Positions 1 through 13,495 of a DNA stretch of 64,000 nt are shown here, one piece after another. Location: positions 24,180,001 through 24,244,000 of the forward strand of contig NC_043017.1 of NCBI RefSeq assembly GCF_006345805.1, in the 5' to 3' direction. The stretch's first letter is position 1; every line of letters starts with the position of its first letter. Below the pieces are notes generated by a model. That model had not been told where the DNA came from, made no database searches, and saw only the letters and a list, made by a program, of their open reading frames with translations. The position numbers were made by a program, and so were the translations under genes. This DNA comes from Octopus sinensis. Its lineage: Eukaryota.

Positions 1-290
1 TGTCCTCTCTGTGTTTAGCCCCTTGTGGGTAGTAAAGAAATATATATCAAAACAGTTTTCATCAAATTCCATTGGCACAAGGGTTCAGCCACTCTTATTT
101 TCAATCAATCCTACTACAGCCGTTTTTTGTAGAACCAGCCTTTGTAGAACACATATATAAATATGTGCATGTGTGTGCATGTGTGTGTGTGTGTGTGTGT
201 AATAAATATCCTGGAAACAGCTGTAAGACCTTCTCTCTATAAATGTTCTAAAATCTACACAGCCTTGGGTTTTTTTACCTCATTCTGAAA

Positions 291-331
<41 letters not shown>

Positions 332-784
332 ACACAAATTATGGTTTTTCCCCTACTAAATTTACTCACAAGCCATTGGTTAACCCAGGGCTATTGTAGA
401 AAATACTTGCCTAAGGTGCCAAGCAGTGGGACTGAACTCAAAACCATATGGTTGCAAAGTGAACTTCTTAACCACACAGCCATACCTACACACACACAAA
501 CACACACACATACATATTCTTCAGTGAGTAGATGATGTAGTCTTAGACATTTCCTGTTGATAGTTGGTGAAGGCGAAACAATATCCAACACAAGATAGAA
601 TCAATAGAGGAAATGAAATTGAAAGCCCTGCCATATGTAGTCACATCCGCTTCCGTTCCGAGTTCAAGGAACCTTAGAGCTGAGTCAGTCTTTTATCATA
701 TCGAGATCGATAAAATAAGTACCAGTAAAATACTTGTAACCATTTAATAGACTCAAAACTTTCAGAAATCGGTGACCATTATGG

Positions 785-1366
785 ATTCTTTTGTACTCTA
801 GGCACAAGGCCTGAAATTTTGGGGGAGGGGGCCAGTTGATTGGATCGACTCCAGTACGCAACTGGTACTTAAATTATCGACCCTGAAAAGACGAAAGGCA
901 AAGTTGACCTCAGCAAAATTCGAAATCAGAACATAAAGGCAAACGAAATACCTATTTCTTTACTACCCACAAGGGGCTAAACACAGAGAGGACAAACAAG
1001 GACAGACAAACAGATTAAGTCGATTACATTGACCCCAGTGTGTAACTGGTACTTAATTTATCGACCCTGAAAGGATGAAAGGCAAAGTCGACCTTGGCGG
1101 AATTTGAACTCAGAATGTAACGGCAAACAAAATACCTATTTCTTTATTACCCACAAGGGCTAAACACAAAGGGGACAAACAAGGACAGACATAGGGATTA
1201 AGTCGATTACATCAACCCCAGTGCATAACTGGTACTTAATTTATCGACCCCGAAAGGATGAAAGGCAAAGTCGACCTTGGCGGAATTTGAACTCAGAACG
1301 TAACGGCAAACGAAATACCGCTAAGCATTTCGCCTAGTGTACTTACGTTTCTGCCAGCTCGCCGCC
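785..1366 (-). mobile_element. SINE family B (tRNA-like head, gcctttcatcctttcggggtcgataaa core), trimeric copy
   Basis: Minus-strand head ggcggcgagctggcagaaacgt ends at 1366. The body is repeated three times with a period of about 184 bp (junctions at 951 and 1135). The last unit has the older ccccaaaatttcaggccttgtgcc tail. The core resembles the Meta-domain SINE core from memory. Confidence 0.9.
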
Positions 1367-1644
1367 TTGTGACCATTGTGGATTGGCAGAATTGTTAGAG
1401 CATTATTTATTGCAGTATTTATTTTGGCTCTTTAGATTCTGAGTTCAAGCCTAACCAAGGTCAACTTTCATCTTGACTCTTATCAGACTAATAAAATAGA
1501 GCAGTGCTTCTCGAACTATCTGATGTGGCGTACGCACAGTTTTTTTCCCCCAATGTGCCTAGGCTGGTTTTGTCTAAATTACAAATACTAATGATTAATG
1601 TTTTCTAGCATCAGCCATCATATAAATAGCATAGATGTTTTCTG

Positions 1645-1911
1645 TAAAATGATGATGGGTGAAGATGATGATGTAGATGACAATGATGAAGATGATGACG
1701 AAGATGCAATAATGATGATGTTGATGACAACAATGATGATGCTGCTGTCACTGCCAACAATGATGATGACAACAATAATGAAATGATGGTGGTGATGACA
1801 AAAATGATGGTGATGGTAGTGATGTTGATGATAATGATGATGGTGGTAGTGATGATGATGGTGGTGGTGGTGTTGGTGGTGGTGATAATGATGATCATGA
1901 TGATGATAAAA

Positions 1912-1946
<35 letters not shown>

Positions 1947-1995
1947 AATGATGACAAGGATGATGATGAAGATGATGATGAAATTGATGATGATT
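1645..1995. repeat. (GAT/GGT)n trinucleotide low-complexity tract
   Basis: Direct inspection; explains the poly-M and poly-I ORFs at 1598-2012. Confidence 0.95.
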
Positions 1996-3332
1996 TCTAT
2001 ATAAGAAATCAAGACTATACTTTTGGAATTCAGGGAAAACAGTTGAAAATAATTTATCTCAGTTATGAGCTGACCTCAGCCATAAAGGGACACAGGGCAA
2101 ATGCCCCAAAGTATTTTATTTTGTCCAGTAACCGACCAATTCTGCCACCCACAACAATTGTTTATACCAAATATTTACAAAATCATCTACTTGGTGATGG
2201 GGGTGGGGGAGAAAATTACAGTTAATTAGTTGATTTGAGAGAGATGAAAGGTAAAAATCGACTTCTGCAGGATTTGAACCGAAAATGTAAAGAAACACAG
2301 CTTAAACACAACACATACAGTGTATATGTCATTTTACCTCCCAATCTCTCAAATCACACCATCATCATTAAAAGATAAATAAAAGGAGACTATGTAAGAT
2401 AATGAAGTCCAAAATAAACTTGAACAGAGCTGACGGGGGGGGGATAAACAACAGCAGAAGCATAATACTGTCAAACATTGATAATATTAATGGTTTCCGA
2501 CATACACAGAAAGCTGCAAATTTTGGGGGAGAGATGCAGTCAATTAAATCAACTCTAATACAAGACTGAAATTTATATTGCTATTGGAAAACAAATGATA
2601 GCACTGGCATATAGCTGTCTCGGCTATTACCGAACTGGATGGCTATGGCTGGAATGACTGATTATAGGTTTACCCCAGTTAGGGCCAGCTTAAGGTTAAA
2701 CAACGTTATAGTGTAAAAACCCAAGATAATGCAAGTTATAAGAAATACAACAGGTCAAATGTTAGCACTTTTATTTTATATTCCAATATTTCGGGGTTAA
2801 GATGTCCTTCTTCAGGAAAAAGAAATCATAGATTTAGTGTTGTTATTTCTTTTTCCTAAACAGGGGGTCTTAATTCCAAAATATCGAAATATCGAAAAAT
2901 AGGATTCAAGGGCAAACTATTGGCTTTTATTTCTTTTTAATCAGTGTTTTGGCTTTAAAAAAAAAAAAACATAAAAGAATTTACTCTAAAGCTACAAATT
3001 TCAAGGGAGAGATGTAGTCTATTAAATCAACTCTCAGATGTCATTGATGTTTATATTGCTATAACGGAAGAGGTAATAGTTCTGGCCGACAGCAGTCTCA
3101 GCTATTACCGAGTTGCAATCATTTGCAATAAGAAAATAACCTCATCTTTCATATATCAAAACAGAGGTTTCTTAAATAAACAGAAACCCTCAGGTACAGG
3201 AAGTCTTAACATTTAAGCCTTTTGCAACAATCTGAGTAAGATAGCTCTATAGGAGTTTTTCTCAACCTATTTACCCCCCCAGCCCCACTGTTGTGTTTTG
3301 TATTTTGTCACCTGATTTATTCAATCTGCCAC

Positions 3333-3714
3333 AGGAGTGGCTGTGTGGTAAGTAGCTTGCTTACCAACCACATGGTTCCGGGTTCATTCCCACTGCATGG
3401 CACCTTGGACAAGTGTCTTCTACTATAGCCTCGGGCCGACCAAAGCCTTGTGAGTGGATTTGGTAGACAGAAACTGAAAGAAGCCCGTCGTATATATGTA
3501 TATATATGTATGTATGTATGTGTGTGTATTTTATGTGTTTGTGTTTGTCGCCCCAACATCGCTTGACAACCGATGCTGGTGTGTTTACGTCCTCGTTACT
3601 TAGCGGTTCGGCAAAAGAGACCTATAGAATAAGTCCTGGGGTCGAGGTGCACGACCAAAGGCGGTGCTCCAGCATGGCCACAGTCAAATGACTGAAACGA
3701 GGAAAAGAAAAGAG
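3333..3714 (+). mobile_element. SINE family A (tRNA-derived head, central TA/TG microsatellite, taaaagag tail), full length
   Basis: ggagtggctgtgtggtaagtagcttgc head, B-box-like ggttcattccc, gcaccttggacaagtgtc core and agcatggccacagtcaaatgactgaaac tail; many homologs in the window. Confidence 0.92.
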
Positions 3715-3974
3715 TGAGAAAGCTATAAGCAAGATCAAGACAATTGCAGGGCTACACCTGGGGGAAAGGAATTATAACAATCTGAGGTACACAGCCGGAT
3801 ACGGCTTTGTTTGTGGACATAGAAGAGAAGCTTCAGGGACTGAGGAGAGTGGAAAGCTTGGATTGATGATTAACTGCCAGAAAACCTTCTCAAGAAAGCA
3901 CAGGTACCCATATTTTGCTTGAGGGTGAAATGGAACTGGGATAGAGCAGAAGGACAGTTTCATATATCTGACGT

Positions 3975-4244
3975 AGGAGTGGCTCTGTGGTAAGTAGCTT
4001 GCTTACCAACCACATTGTTCCAGGTTCAATCCCACTGCGTGGCACCTTGGGCAAGTGTCTTCTACTATAGCCTCGGGCCGACCAAAGCCTTGTGAGTGGA
4101 TTTGGTAGACGGAAACTGAAAGAAGCCTGTCGTATATATGTGTATATATATATATGTATGTGTGTGTGTGTTTGTGTGTGTGTCTGTGTTTGTCCCCCTA
4201 GCATTGCTTGACAACCGATGCTGGTGTGTTTATGTCTCCGTCAC
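3975..4244 (+). mobile_element. SINE family A, 3'-truncated
   Basis: Same head, core and microsatellite as 3333-3714; homology ends at gtctccgtcac. Confidence 0.9.
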
Positions 4245-6146
4245 ATTATTCACAATGTTTTCAATTAATCATGCATTGTGTCTTAGCTTTGAGTTTTTGA
4301 TGATTTAGAATGACATTGTCAGGTTGGTACAAGAGGCCAGATCAAACCAGTTTATGGCCAGTTTGAAAGCTAAAAAGTTAAAGAAAACCTTGTGCCTGCC
4401 TCTGTGTGTGTGAGAGAGAGCATCTAATTATGTTTATATATATATGTTAAGTCTGTCTGTTTGTCTGTCTTTATCTCTCACTGTATGTGTATATTTCTGC
4501 TCGCGCATGTGTGTGTGTGTGGGGGCCTCCAATACCAAAACCACCCTGTCACCAAAAGCTGGTTGAATGTCCAGTCCAGTCATGCCAAATTCTTAGTATC
4601 CAAACAGCCACACCCGGTCATCTCACTCCATGTGTGCTAATGTTTGGTGAGATAGAGCTAAACACACCACAAAATTAAAAACGGAATATTCTTCACTTCT
4701 AACATTTAAAGCAAAACATAAAAAAAAACAGAAAGAGACGGCGGGGAGAGAGATAGAGAGAGAGAGAAGCATCACTGCTGAGGAGCCGAACTACAGCAAT
4801 GTTTATCACAAACATGTCAAAACAGAAAATATCACCAACAAACATCAAGCTCATATTTCTCGTTGATAAACTATGATTCCTTTATTCAATAAAGAAGGAC
4901 TTGGTAATGTCCATCAGTTTACAATGTTTATATTATTTACAAGCTAAAACATATAAATATCCATTTTTAGCACATGGTTTTTTTGGGGGTTTTTTTTTCA
5001 AACTTAATACACAAAATTCACCGAAATATTTCTATTTATGCCAATGTGTGCAGCAAATAAACAACTTTGATAATTACTGTTCTAAATATAGTTGCTTGAC
5101 CTGCTAGAAATAGAAACAATTCTCTCTTAAATCACACTATTCTGTCTTTAAAAAAAAATGGAAGGACAGAGTGGACAACGTAAGTTGAGATACATTAATT
5201 TAAATTTTTACTTGCTTTGAGTCATTGGACTGCAGCCATGCTGGAGCACCAACTTGAAGGTTTGAGGTGAACAACTTGACCCCAGAGCCTTTTTTTTTTT
5301 TTTTTTTTGAAGTCTAGTACTCAGTCTATTAGTCCCTTTTGAAGAACTTGTGGGTGCAGAAACAAAGTTATGAAACTGGTAGTGCAAGATAGAAAGCCTA
5401 GCTGCCATATATGTGGCAACACAAACCATCTGAGAGTTTTATTATTAACCTGGAAGAACTTGAAAACCAGAAGAGGACAGCAGAAACTGTGGTTATCAAA
5501 GAATCACTTTTTCCTAAATACATTTAATGAAATTAACTAAATTTGTCACTAAACTAATGTTTGGAACATAACCAAACAAAAAGGCTTTTATATAAATTAT
5601 GAAGTAAAGCTTTAATTTAAATATGAATATTTTAAACAAGTGGTTTTGTATCATGGACACAGAGGTGGGTTGGTATTAATAGGGTCAATGTTTTTGATAG
5701 AGAAACAGTAACCAAGCACACACACAAAAACCCAACACACACACATACCTCTTCTTTTGGACACAAACAACTAAGCAAGAGCCAATGAGCAGGCCTACAT
5801 TTAGTCACCTAGCCTTCTAGAAATGGCAGCCAAATTTTCCTCAAACTACATAATACTGAATAATGTAGTTCTAAATAAATTATGTCTAAAAACAAATCTT
5901 AAAAAAAAAGATGTTTGGGATGGCCATGAATGGAATGTCTAGTTGAGACTGACTTGGAGCTAAACGACAACAGCAACAACATAACAGTAGATGACTGATT
6001 GACTGTCAAGATATTCTGATGAAGCAATGTCTACAGCTGTATATATATAAAGGATGACAGACAAAGGAGATGAAGGGAGGGGCTCAGAGGGAAGTGGGAT
6101 CAGAGGAGGGGAAATATTTCAACAAATGACAGATAAGAGGGATACC

Positions 6147-6303
6147 ACATACATACATGCATACATACACACACCCACACACACATGCATGCATACGTAC
6201 ATACTTATATACCTTCACACACGCATACATATATACATTCACACACACACATATACATTCCCACACACACATATACATTCATACACACACACACATATAC
6301 ATT

Positions 6304-6338
<35 letters not shown>

Positions 6339-6423
6339 GCATATATATACACACCTACACACACACACACATATATATATATATACACACCAACACACAC
6401 ACACACCAACACACACACACACC
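6147..6423. repeat. Compound (CA)/(TACA) microsatellite
   Basis: Direct inspection. Confidence 0.95.
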
Positions 6424-6743
6424 AACTCCTCTTTACCCAATGTCTGTTTTCTAAGAAAATCATGGCACAGTTACATCTAGTGGCAGTGGTTGAGATAAGG
6501 GCAGTTTGTCTCCATAATAACAGACACATAAAATGTTGACAAAATACTTGACAGTAGAAATAATGAGGGACCTTCCCTTACCAACTGGTTGCTCCACCTA
6601 AGAGAAATAACAGCCAAATTTTTATCAAACCAGACTCAGCTATAGTGGTTCCCAACAAGGGTCTGTACAAGATTTCATCATTAAAATTTATGTCTGTGTG
6701 TATATATATGTGTGTGTGTATGTATATATGTATATATATATAT

Positions 6744-7135
6744 GAGTGGCTGTGTGGTAAGAAGCTTGTTTACGAACCACATGGTTCCGGGTTCAGTCCC
6801 ACTGCATGGCACCTTGGGCAAGTGTCTTCTACTATAGCCTCGGGCCGACCAAAGCCTTGTGAGTGGATTTGGTAGACGGAAACTGAAAGAAGCCCGTCGT
6901 ATATATGTATATATATGTATGTACGTGTATGTTTGTGTGTCTGTGTTTGTCCCCCTAGCATTGCTTGACAACTGATGCTGGTGTGTTTATGTCCCCGTCA
7001 CTTAGCGGTTCAGCAAAAGAGACCGATAGAATAAGTACTGAGCTTACAAAGAATAAGTCCCGGGGTCGAGTTGCTCGATTAAAGGCGGTGCACCAGCATG
7101 GCCGCAGTCAAATGACTGAAACAAGTAAAAAGAGT
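6744..7135 (+). mobile_element. SINE family A, full length
   Basis: High similarity to 3333-3714 and 45601-46050. Confidence 0.92.
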
Positions 7136-8879
7136 AGTCACACTATTAGTTGTGTTGCTGTCTCGTGCACAGCTGAACACTCCCATACATATTTAAGAAC
7201 TGGGTTTGATACAGGTATGGCCTGGTTTCACTGTCATCATTTAACGTCCATTTTCCACACTGATATGGGTTGGACGGTTTGACAGGAGCTGGCCAGCTAA
7301 AGACCTACCTGGGATCCAGGTCTGTTTCCACATGGTTTCTACAGATAGATGCCCCTCCTTTATGCCAACCACTTTACAGAGTGTACAGGGTGCTTTTCTT
7401 TTTTCGTGTGACACCAGTACAGATGCTTTTACGTGACACCAGCATGGGTCCTTTTTATGTAACACCAGCACCCATGAACCTGCAAGATAAGGATTGCTAA
7501 CCTGAAGAGGGATGTAGGGGACAACCAATTATTTTGCTTAGCTTAAAGTGTCTTCCAACGCACTGCAAACCACCAGAAGTCTCAGCCCCTTGTCATCCCC
7601 TCTGTGGGGCCCAACGTCTGAAGATCCTTTCACACCACTTCATCCCATGTCTTGATGGGTTTATAATAGGATTTTTTTTTATAATTAACAAATGAACGGT
7701 TATGGGAAGGGGGGGGGTCCACCGGAGTAAAATAAAAATCAAAGGGCCTATAGGAAACAAACGGCTGAGAAACACTACTTAACTATTTTAGAAAAAAAGA
7801 AGGGCAACATTGAATGTGTTTGAGACATTTTAGCACAGCTGTTTTTGGTGCCAACCATTTGGTGCCACCAATTTGAGGCAGATGCTTTAATATTTCTCTC
7901 ATTCTATCTCTCTCTCCCTTCCCCTCTCCCCCTCACTATCTCCTCCCTATCCTCTTTCCCTCTCTCTTTCTCTTCTCTCTCTCTTTTCCCATCTCTCTCT
8001 CGCTTTCTTCCTTCTGTTTCTCTCTTCCTCTTTTCTCTCTGTGCTTTCCCTCTCCTCTTCTCTATCCTCTCCATCTCCTTTCCTTCTCTCTTCTATAACA
8101 ATTTCCTCTCTCTCTCTCTCCCTCTCTCTTTCTCTTTCTCTCTCTCTCTCTCTTTGTTTATGTGTATGAGAATATTTCTTTTAGGAATATGAGAAGAGGG
8201 AACATGTTTATGTCAATTAAGGTCAATTACGCTCAATTAATCAATTGTAATCCCTCTCCATAGGTGTGTGTGTGTGTGTGTATTTCTGTGTGTATTTCTG
8301 TGTGTGTGTATTTCTGTACATGCATGTGTGTGTGTGTGTGTGTGTGCGTACGCGCATATGTTTGTCTTCTGTGCCAAAGAAGTAGTCACTGAAACACATT
8401 CAAAGGCAACTCAGCCATACCAAACAGCAGAAAACAAGAAAAATTATTTTCATACCTTCCTGTCTTCCAACAGACATTACATTGTTACTAAACAACACAC
8501 ACGCGCACACACACACACAATTCTGCTTGCTCCAGATGTTTGACCTAATTGAGAAAATAGCTATTTCCACACCTATTTCATGGGTGAATGCTCAAACATG
8601 TAGTAGTGGTATCATCCAACTGTAAAATATTACTGACCCAACAAAATTAATGCAAGCATGGACGTCATCATCATCATCATCATCATCATCACTATCACCA
8701 TCAACAACAGTATCACCATTTCACATCTGCTTTCCATGCTAGCATGAATTGGACGAATCATCATGGTCCAAGACACCTCCCAAATAAACCAGCGCTCATG
8801 CATGTCATTAGCCCTGGTTTCTAAGGAGGGATGCCCTTCTTCGCACCAGCCACTTTACAGAGTGTATTGAGTGTATTTT

Positions 8880-9058
8880 CTTATTTCTTTATTGCCTACA
8901 GGAGGCTAAACATAGAGGAGACAAACAAGGACAGATAAAGGGATTAAGTCGATTACATCGACCCCAGTGCATAACTGGTACTTAATTTATCGACCCCAAA
9001 AAAAATTTGAAAGGCAACTCGGAATGTAAAGATGGACAAAATGCCACTAAGCATTCCA
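8880..9058 (-). mobile_element. SINE family B
   Basis: tatttctttattgcctacaggaggctaaac...gattacatcgaccccagtgcataactggtac matches the family B body on the minus strand. Confidence 0.85.
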
Positions 9059-9653
9059 CCAACTCAAGTTCACCTGATTCAGCAGTCGACCTAAAATAAA
9101 TGGGCTTCTTTCATATGAAGAAAAAACATCACCAAGGGTTTACTATTTTGTTGTTTCGTTCTGGCACAAGTTGAGCTGATTAGCCCAGATGATCAGTGAC
9201 CCCCATAGCAGCATTATAGGCTCCTGGGCAAATCAACACACTGGGCACTATAGTATAGGTTTACTGACAGCAAACCAAAGCATCAATAGATCAGAATTGA
9301 GCCCCTGGGGCACTGCCAAGTGTGCCCATACTTTAAGATAGCACTGGATACAATGACAGACTCTTGCAATGATTTCAATGTGTATGCAAATCCAGTTACT
9401 GAACTGACAGGACAACCTACTCACTTGTTTTACAATGCCAGATCTTAGAGTTATGAGTACAGTCTATCTGAGGGGCTTCTTTACAGTTACCATCTCCCCA
9501 AATTCACTCACAAGACTTAGGATTGCCCCAAGATTGTGATGGAACTTATGAATGCTAAGAGTAGTCTTAAAATTATCTTAAAGAGCTCATCCCACTAAAA
9601 ACCAGCTGTACAGAGATCTCCTGTCCATTTCTATCATTATAAGGGTAAGGGGC

Positions 9654-9895
9654 TTGTGTTTTGTGGGACATGGCTGGCAAGCAAAACAAGAGTCAGCAAG
9701 GGACTTACAGCTATGGATGCCACAGTATGGCCATACTCGAGCAGGTCATCCAAACACAATACATGTCGCTCAGCTCACCAGAAACACTGGATGCCTCCCC
9801 AAAGACCTCTCTCAACTAATGCAGGGGCAAGATAGATGGCACGCATGGGTTGAAAGTGCCCAAGCAAGCTCAACCAGATAATGATGGTGAAGACT
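9654..9895 (+). mobile_element. RTE-clade LINE, degenerate 3' end
   Basis: The frame reads FVGHGWQAKQE..LQLWMPQYG..G.P...QL.R.TG....L...M....W, the C-terminal RTE ORF pattern, followed by a tgatggtga tail; parallels 48163-48445. Confidence 0.75.
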
Positions 9896-10234
9896 ATGAT
9901 AAAGGGACTCACCCAATATGCCAGACAGTAGGATTGGACCCAGAACTTCAAGATTGCGAAGACAACTTAGCCACTTAGCTAAGTTCCCATCCACTCTACC
10001 CACAGCATCTGTTATCTGTTTCACTCATTAGACTGTAGCCATGCTGGAGCACCACTTTAATGGATTTAGTCAAAGAAATCAACCCCAGGACTTTATTCTT
10101 AGTCTGGCACTTATTCTATCAGGCTCTTTTGCTGAACAAGCAAGGGGGGGGCGACAAACAAATACAAAAGACAGTCTCACGGAGGCTACAACAGGTGGCC
10201 GAGACTTTTGGCAGTCGCTGTGTTTGAGAAGACC

Positions 10235-10474
10235 CGTCAAGCTAAGTGAAAACAGAGCTGTGGCCAGTGCTGGTGACATGTAAAAGACACCCATGCCAGT
10301 GACACGCAAAAAAGGCACCAGGTACATACTGTGGAGTGGTTGGCATTAGGAAGGACGTCCAGCAGTGGAAACCAAGCTAAAACCGACTGGAGCCTGGTAC
10401 AGCTCACCAGTTCCAGTCAAACAATCTAACTCATGCTATCATGGAAAACAGACGCTAAATGATGGTGATGATGA
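10235..10474 (+). mobile_element. Repeat family C (RTE-like TGA tail), degenerate
   Basis: gtggttggcattaggaagg core and catggaaaacagacgctaaatgatggtgatgatga tail. Confidence 0.8.
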
Positions 10475-10490
10475 TATATATACATATATT

Positions 10491-10851
10491 ACTCTTTAAT
10501 TCTTTTACTTGTTTCAGTCAAGCAAATCAACCCCAGGACTTATTTTTTGTAAGCCTAGTACTTATTCTATCGGCCTCTTTTGCCGAACTGCTAAGTTATG
10601 GGGATGTAGACAAACCAGCATCAGTTGTCAAGCGATGTTGGCAGAACAAACGCAGACTCAGACATACACACACACATACTTATATATATATATATGACAG
10701 GCTTCTTTCAGTTCCCATCTACCAAATCCACTCACAAGGTTTTGGTTGGCCCGAGGCTATAGTAGAAGACACTTGACCAAGGTGCCATGCAGTGGGACTG
10801 AACCAGGAACCATGTGGTTGGTAAGCAAGCTACTTACCACACAGCTGCTCC
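10491..10851 (-). mobile_element. SINE family A
   Basis: Reverse complement of the family A body and head. Confidence 0.88.
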
Positions 10852-11644
10852 ACCTATATATATATATATATATTGGCTACTGAATAATTGTCACATATTA
10901 TATTTACAGATAAATTCCTCTATTTATATAATATCGAGGTCTCTTTCATTCTTTTGTTGTTTTGCCATTTCTATCAATATATACACACACACACACACAC
11001 ACATATATACATACACATGACATATATACATACACACACATATATACATATATACATGACATATATACATGACATATATACATACACACACATATATACA
11101 TACACATGACATATATACATATACATGACAGGCTTCCACACAGTTTCTGTCCACCAAGCCCACTCACAAGACTCAGGATTATAGTAGAAGACACTTGCCC
11201 AATAGGCCATGCAGTGGAAATTGATCCTGAAACGACATTGTTGCCAAGCAAGTCTCTTAACCACACAACCAAACATTAAAATATATCAAACGAAATTCAT
11301 GAATAAAGGTTAATCTACATCAGGAACAAAAATGTAGGGCAAAAAAAAAATACTACCGAGCTGGATTCCTTAAGGGCAGGTAGTAAAACGGATTGGTGGG
11401 GGGTGATATTGTTAAGCAGACCTATTTAAAGAGGGTGAGCTGTAGATAAGGAACTGGGTTAAGGAATATCAACCCAGAAGAACAGTGATGGGGAAAACTA
11501 GCTTAGTGGGAAGAGAAAAAAATAAGGCAAATAAGTAAAAAAAAAACAAAAAAACAATATAGTTAAAAGTTGACACTACAAGAGGAAATCAAGGCAGCTT
11601 TTTATTAAACTTAACCCTCTTAAAATATCTCTGGTTCTTATAAA

Positions 11645-12075
11645 TGGGGAGAGACAGAAGGAGAAGAGAGGGTGTGTGTGTGTGTATGAGAGAAAGAGAG
11701 AAGGAAAGACAGTGTGTGTGTCAGACAGACAGACAGAAAGACAGGCTATATGTGCGTGTGCGGGCGTATGTGTTTGTGAGAGAGGGAGGGAGGGAGTTTG
11801 TGAGAGAGACAGAGTGTGTGTGAGAGAGAGAGAGAGACAGAGTGTGTGTGTGAGAGAGAGAGACAGGGTGTGTGTGTGTGAGAGAGAGAGAAAGAGACAG
11901 ACAGAAAGAGTATGAATGTATGCGAGAGAATGAGTGTGTGTGTGTCTGTGTGAGGAGGGTATATGAGCGTATGTGAGAGAGAGAGAGAGAGAGAAAGAAT
12001 GTAGGTAAAAGAGAGAGTGTGTGTGTATGTGCATGTGTGAGAGAGGGAATGTGTGTGTGTGTCTCTGAGTATGTG
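11645..12075. repeat. Compound (GA)/(GT) microsatellite
   Basis: Direct inspection; explains the ORFs at 11576-12272. Confidence 0.95.
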
Positions 12076-12599
12076 TATATGCTGCAATGGAAAGGTAAAA
12101 AAAAACAAATAAAACCCACCGACCCTTCTCCTTCCCGAGCAACATCGATGGCTGTCAAACATATTCCTTCAGCGACAAACCCAAACTTTTGCTGTAAACG
12201 TGTTTTGTACAGACTTTGCCATCTGATAATTACTTTCTTTGCTGACAGAAACAACCTCAGCGCCATTGTCACTTCTCTTCATTTTATTTTTGACGTAGCA
12301 TTTCCTTCCGTTTTTATCTTTCACTTGTCTCAGTCATTAAGACTTGCGGCCATGCTGGAACACCGCCTTCAAGAGATTTTAATCGAACGAATCGACCCCA
12401 GTACTTTAAAAAAAAAAAACACTGGTAATTATTCTATCGGTTTCTTCTGCCAAACCGCCAAGTTACGGGGACAGCGACACACCAACATCGGTTGTGAAAC
12501 GGTGAGGGGGGGGACAAACGTAGACACAAAGACGCATATAAACACACACACCACACACACACATATTTATGCGTGTGTGTGTGTGTGTGTAGGGAGAAT

Positions 12600-12772
12600 T
12601 CACAAAAAACAAAAGACGAAGACAGGTGGTGTAGACAACAAATAGATGTATTAGTGTAAGGCTCGGGAAGTGAAAAAGTCTTTAACGTTTCGAGCCTATG
12701 CTCTTCCACAGAAAGGAACACAGAAAGAAACAAGGAGAGAAAATAAAGAACGTGTAGTGGCTAGCGATCCTG
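12600..12772 (-). mobile_element. Penelope-like terminal repeat fragment with a minimal hammerhead-like motif
   Basis: Homologous to 61815-61964. The minus strand contains cttt CTGTGGA A GAGC ATAG GCTC GAAACGTT aaag. The Penelope assignment rests on the known association of such minimal hammerheads with PLE terminal repeats. Confidence 0.6.
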
Positions 12773-12998
12773 ATAGATAGCTGTAACCATGAAAATCATA
12801 TGGAAATAAAAGCTCTGTTCACCTCTCATACGCACTGACTCTATGCTACCTGCACTCTTATCCACAAGTGAGATGTGGGTAACTACAAGGAGGATAGAAC
12901 ATTGCTTATGATACAAAGGGCTATGGAAAGATACATGCTAGGAACATCATTAAAAGAGCACATTTGAAATTAGATAATCTGAGAATGGGGCGGAGTGA

Positions 12999-13112
12999 AT
13001 GATGTCATTGCAGAGTACTGGCAAGTACAAGTTTTGCTGGACTGGACATGTTGCAAGGTTCACAGACAACAGGTGGACCTGTGCAGTTGCTAAGTGGTAT
13101 CCAAGAGATTTT
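12999..13112 (+). mobile_element. RTE-clade LINE 3' fragment
   Basis: Translates to KYKFCWTGHVARFTDNRWTCAVAKWYPRD, matching the RTE W(A)GHVAR..DNRWT...W.PR motif. Confidence 0.75.
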
Positions 13113-13142
13113 TATATGGCCTTTGGAAAGCTGTTTTTATGG

Positions 13143-13495
13143 GGTAAATCAACCTCAGCAGAATTTGAACTCAGAACACAGAGATGGACAAAGGACAAAA
13201 TGATGCTAAGCATCTTACCCTGCATGCTTATGATTCTGCCAGCTCCCTGCCTCATCCGATGAATAAATAATAATCCTTTCTATCATAAATACAAAGCCTG
13301 AAATTTCGAGAGGTGGGGTGTCAAGTTGATTACATTGACCCCAGTCCTCAAGTGGGACTTATTTTATCAGTCCTGAAAGGATGAAAGGCAAAGTCAACCT
13401 CAGCAGAATTTGAACTCGGAATGTAGAAATTGACAAAGGACAAAATGCTGCTAAACATCTTGCCCAGCATGCCAACAATTCTGGCAGCTGACCCC
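13143..13495 (-). mobile_element. Two head-to-tail old SINE family B copies (CpG-decayed)
   Basis: 13143-13252 and 13271-13495 both carry aacctcagcagaatttgaactc and gacaaaggacaaaatg. Confidence 0.8.

Noticed and set aside
3317-4204. Recurrent similar ORFs (RRASFSFRLPNPLTRLWSARGYSRRHL...)
   Set aside because: Antisense translations of SINE family A, not a gene family.
8455-9090. Minus-strand microexon candidates near 8455-8490 and 9073-9089 (also about 5430-5450)
   Set aside because: Each has one weak splice site, and such matches are expected by chance in AT-rich DNA.
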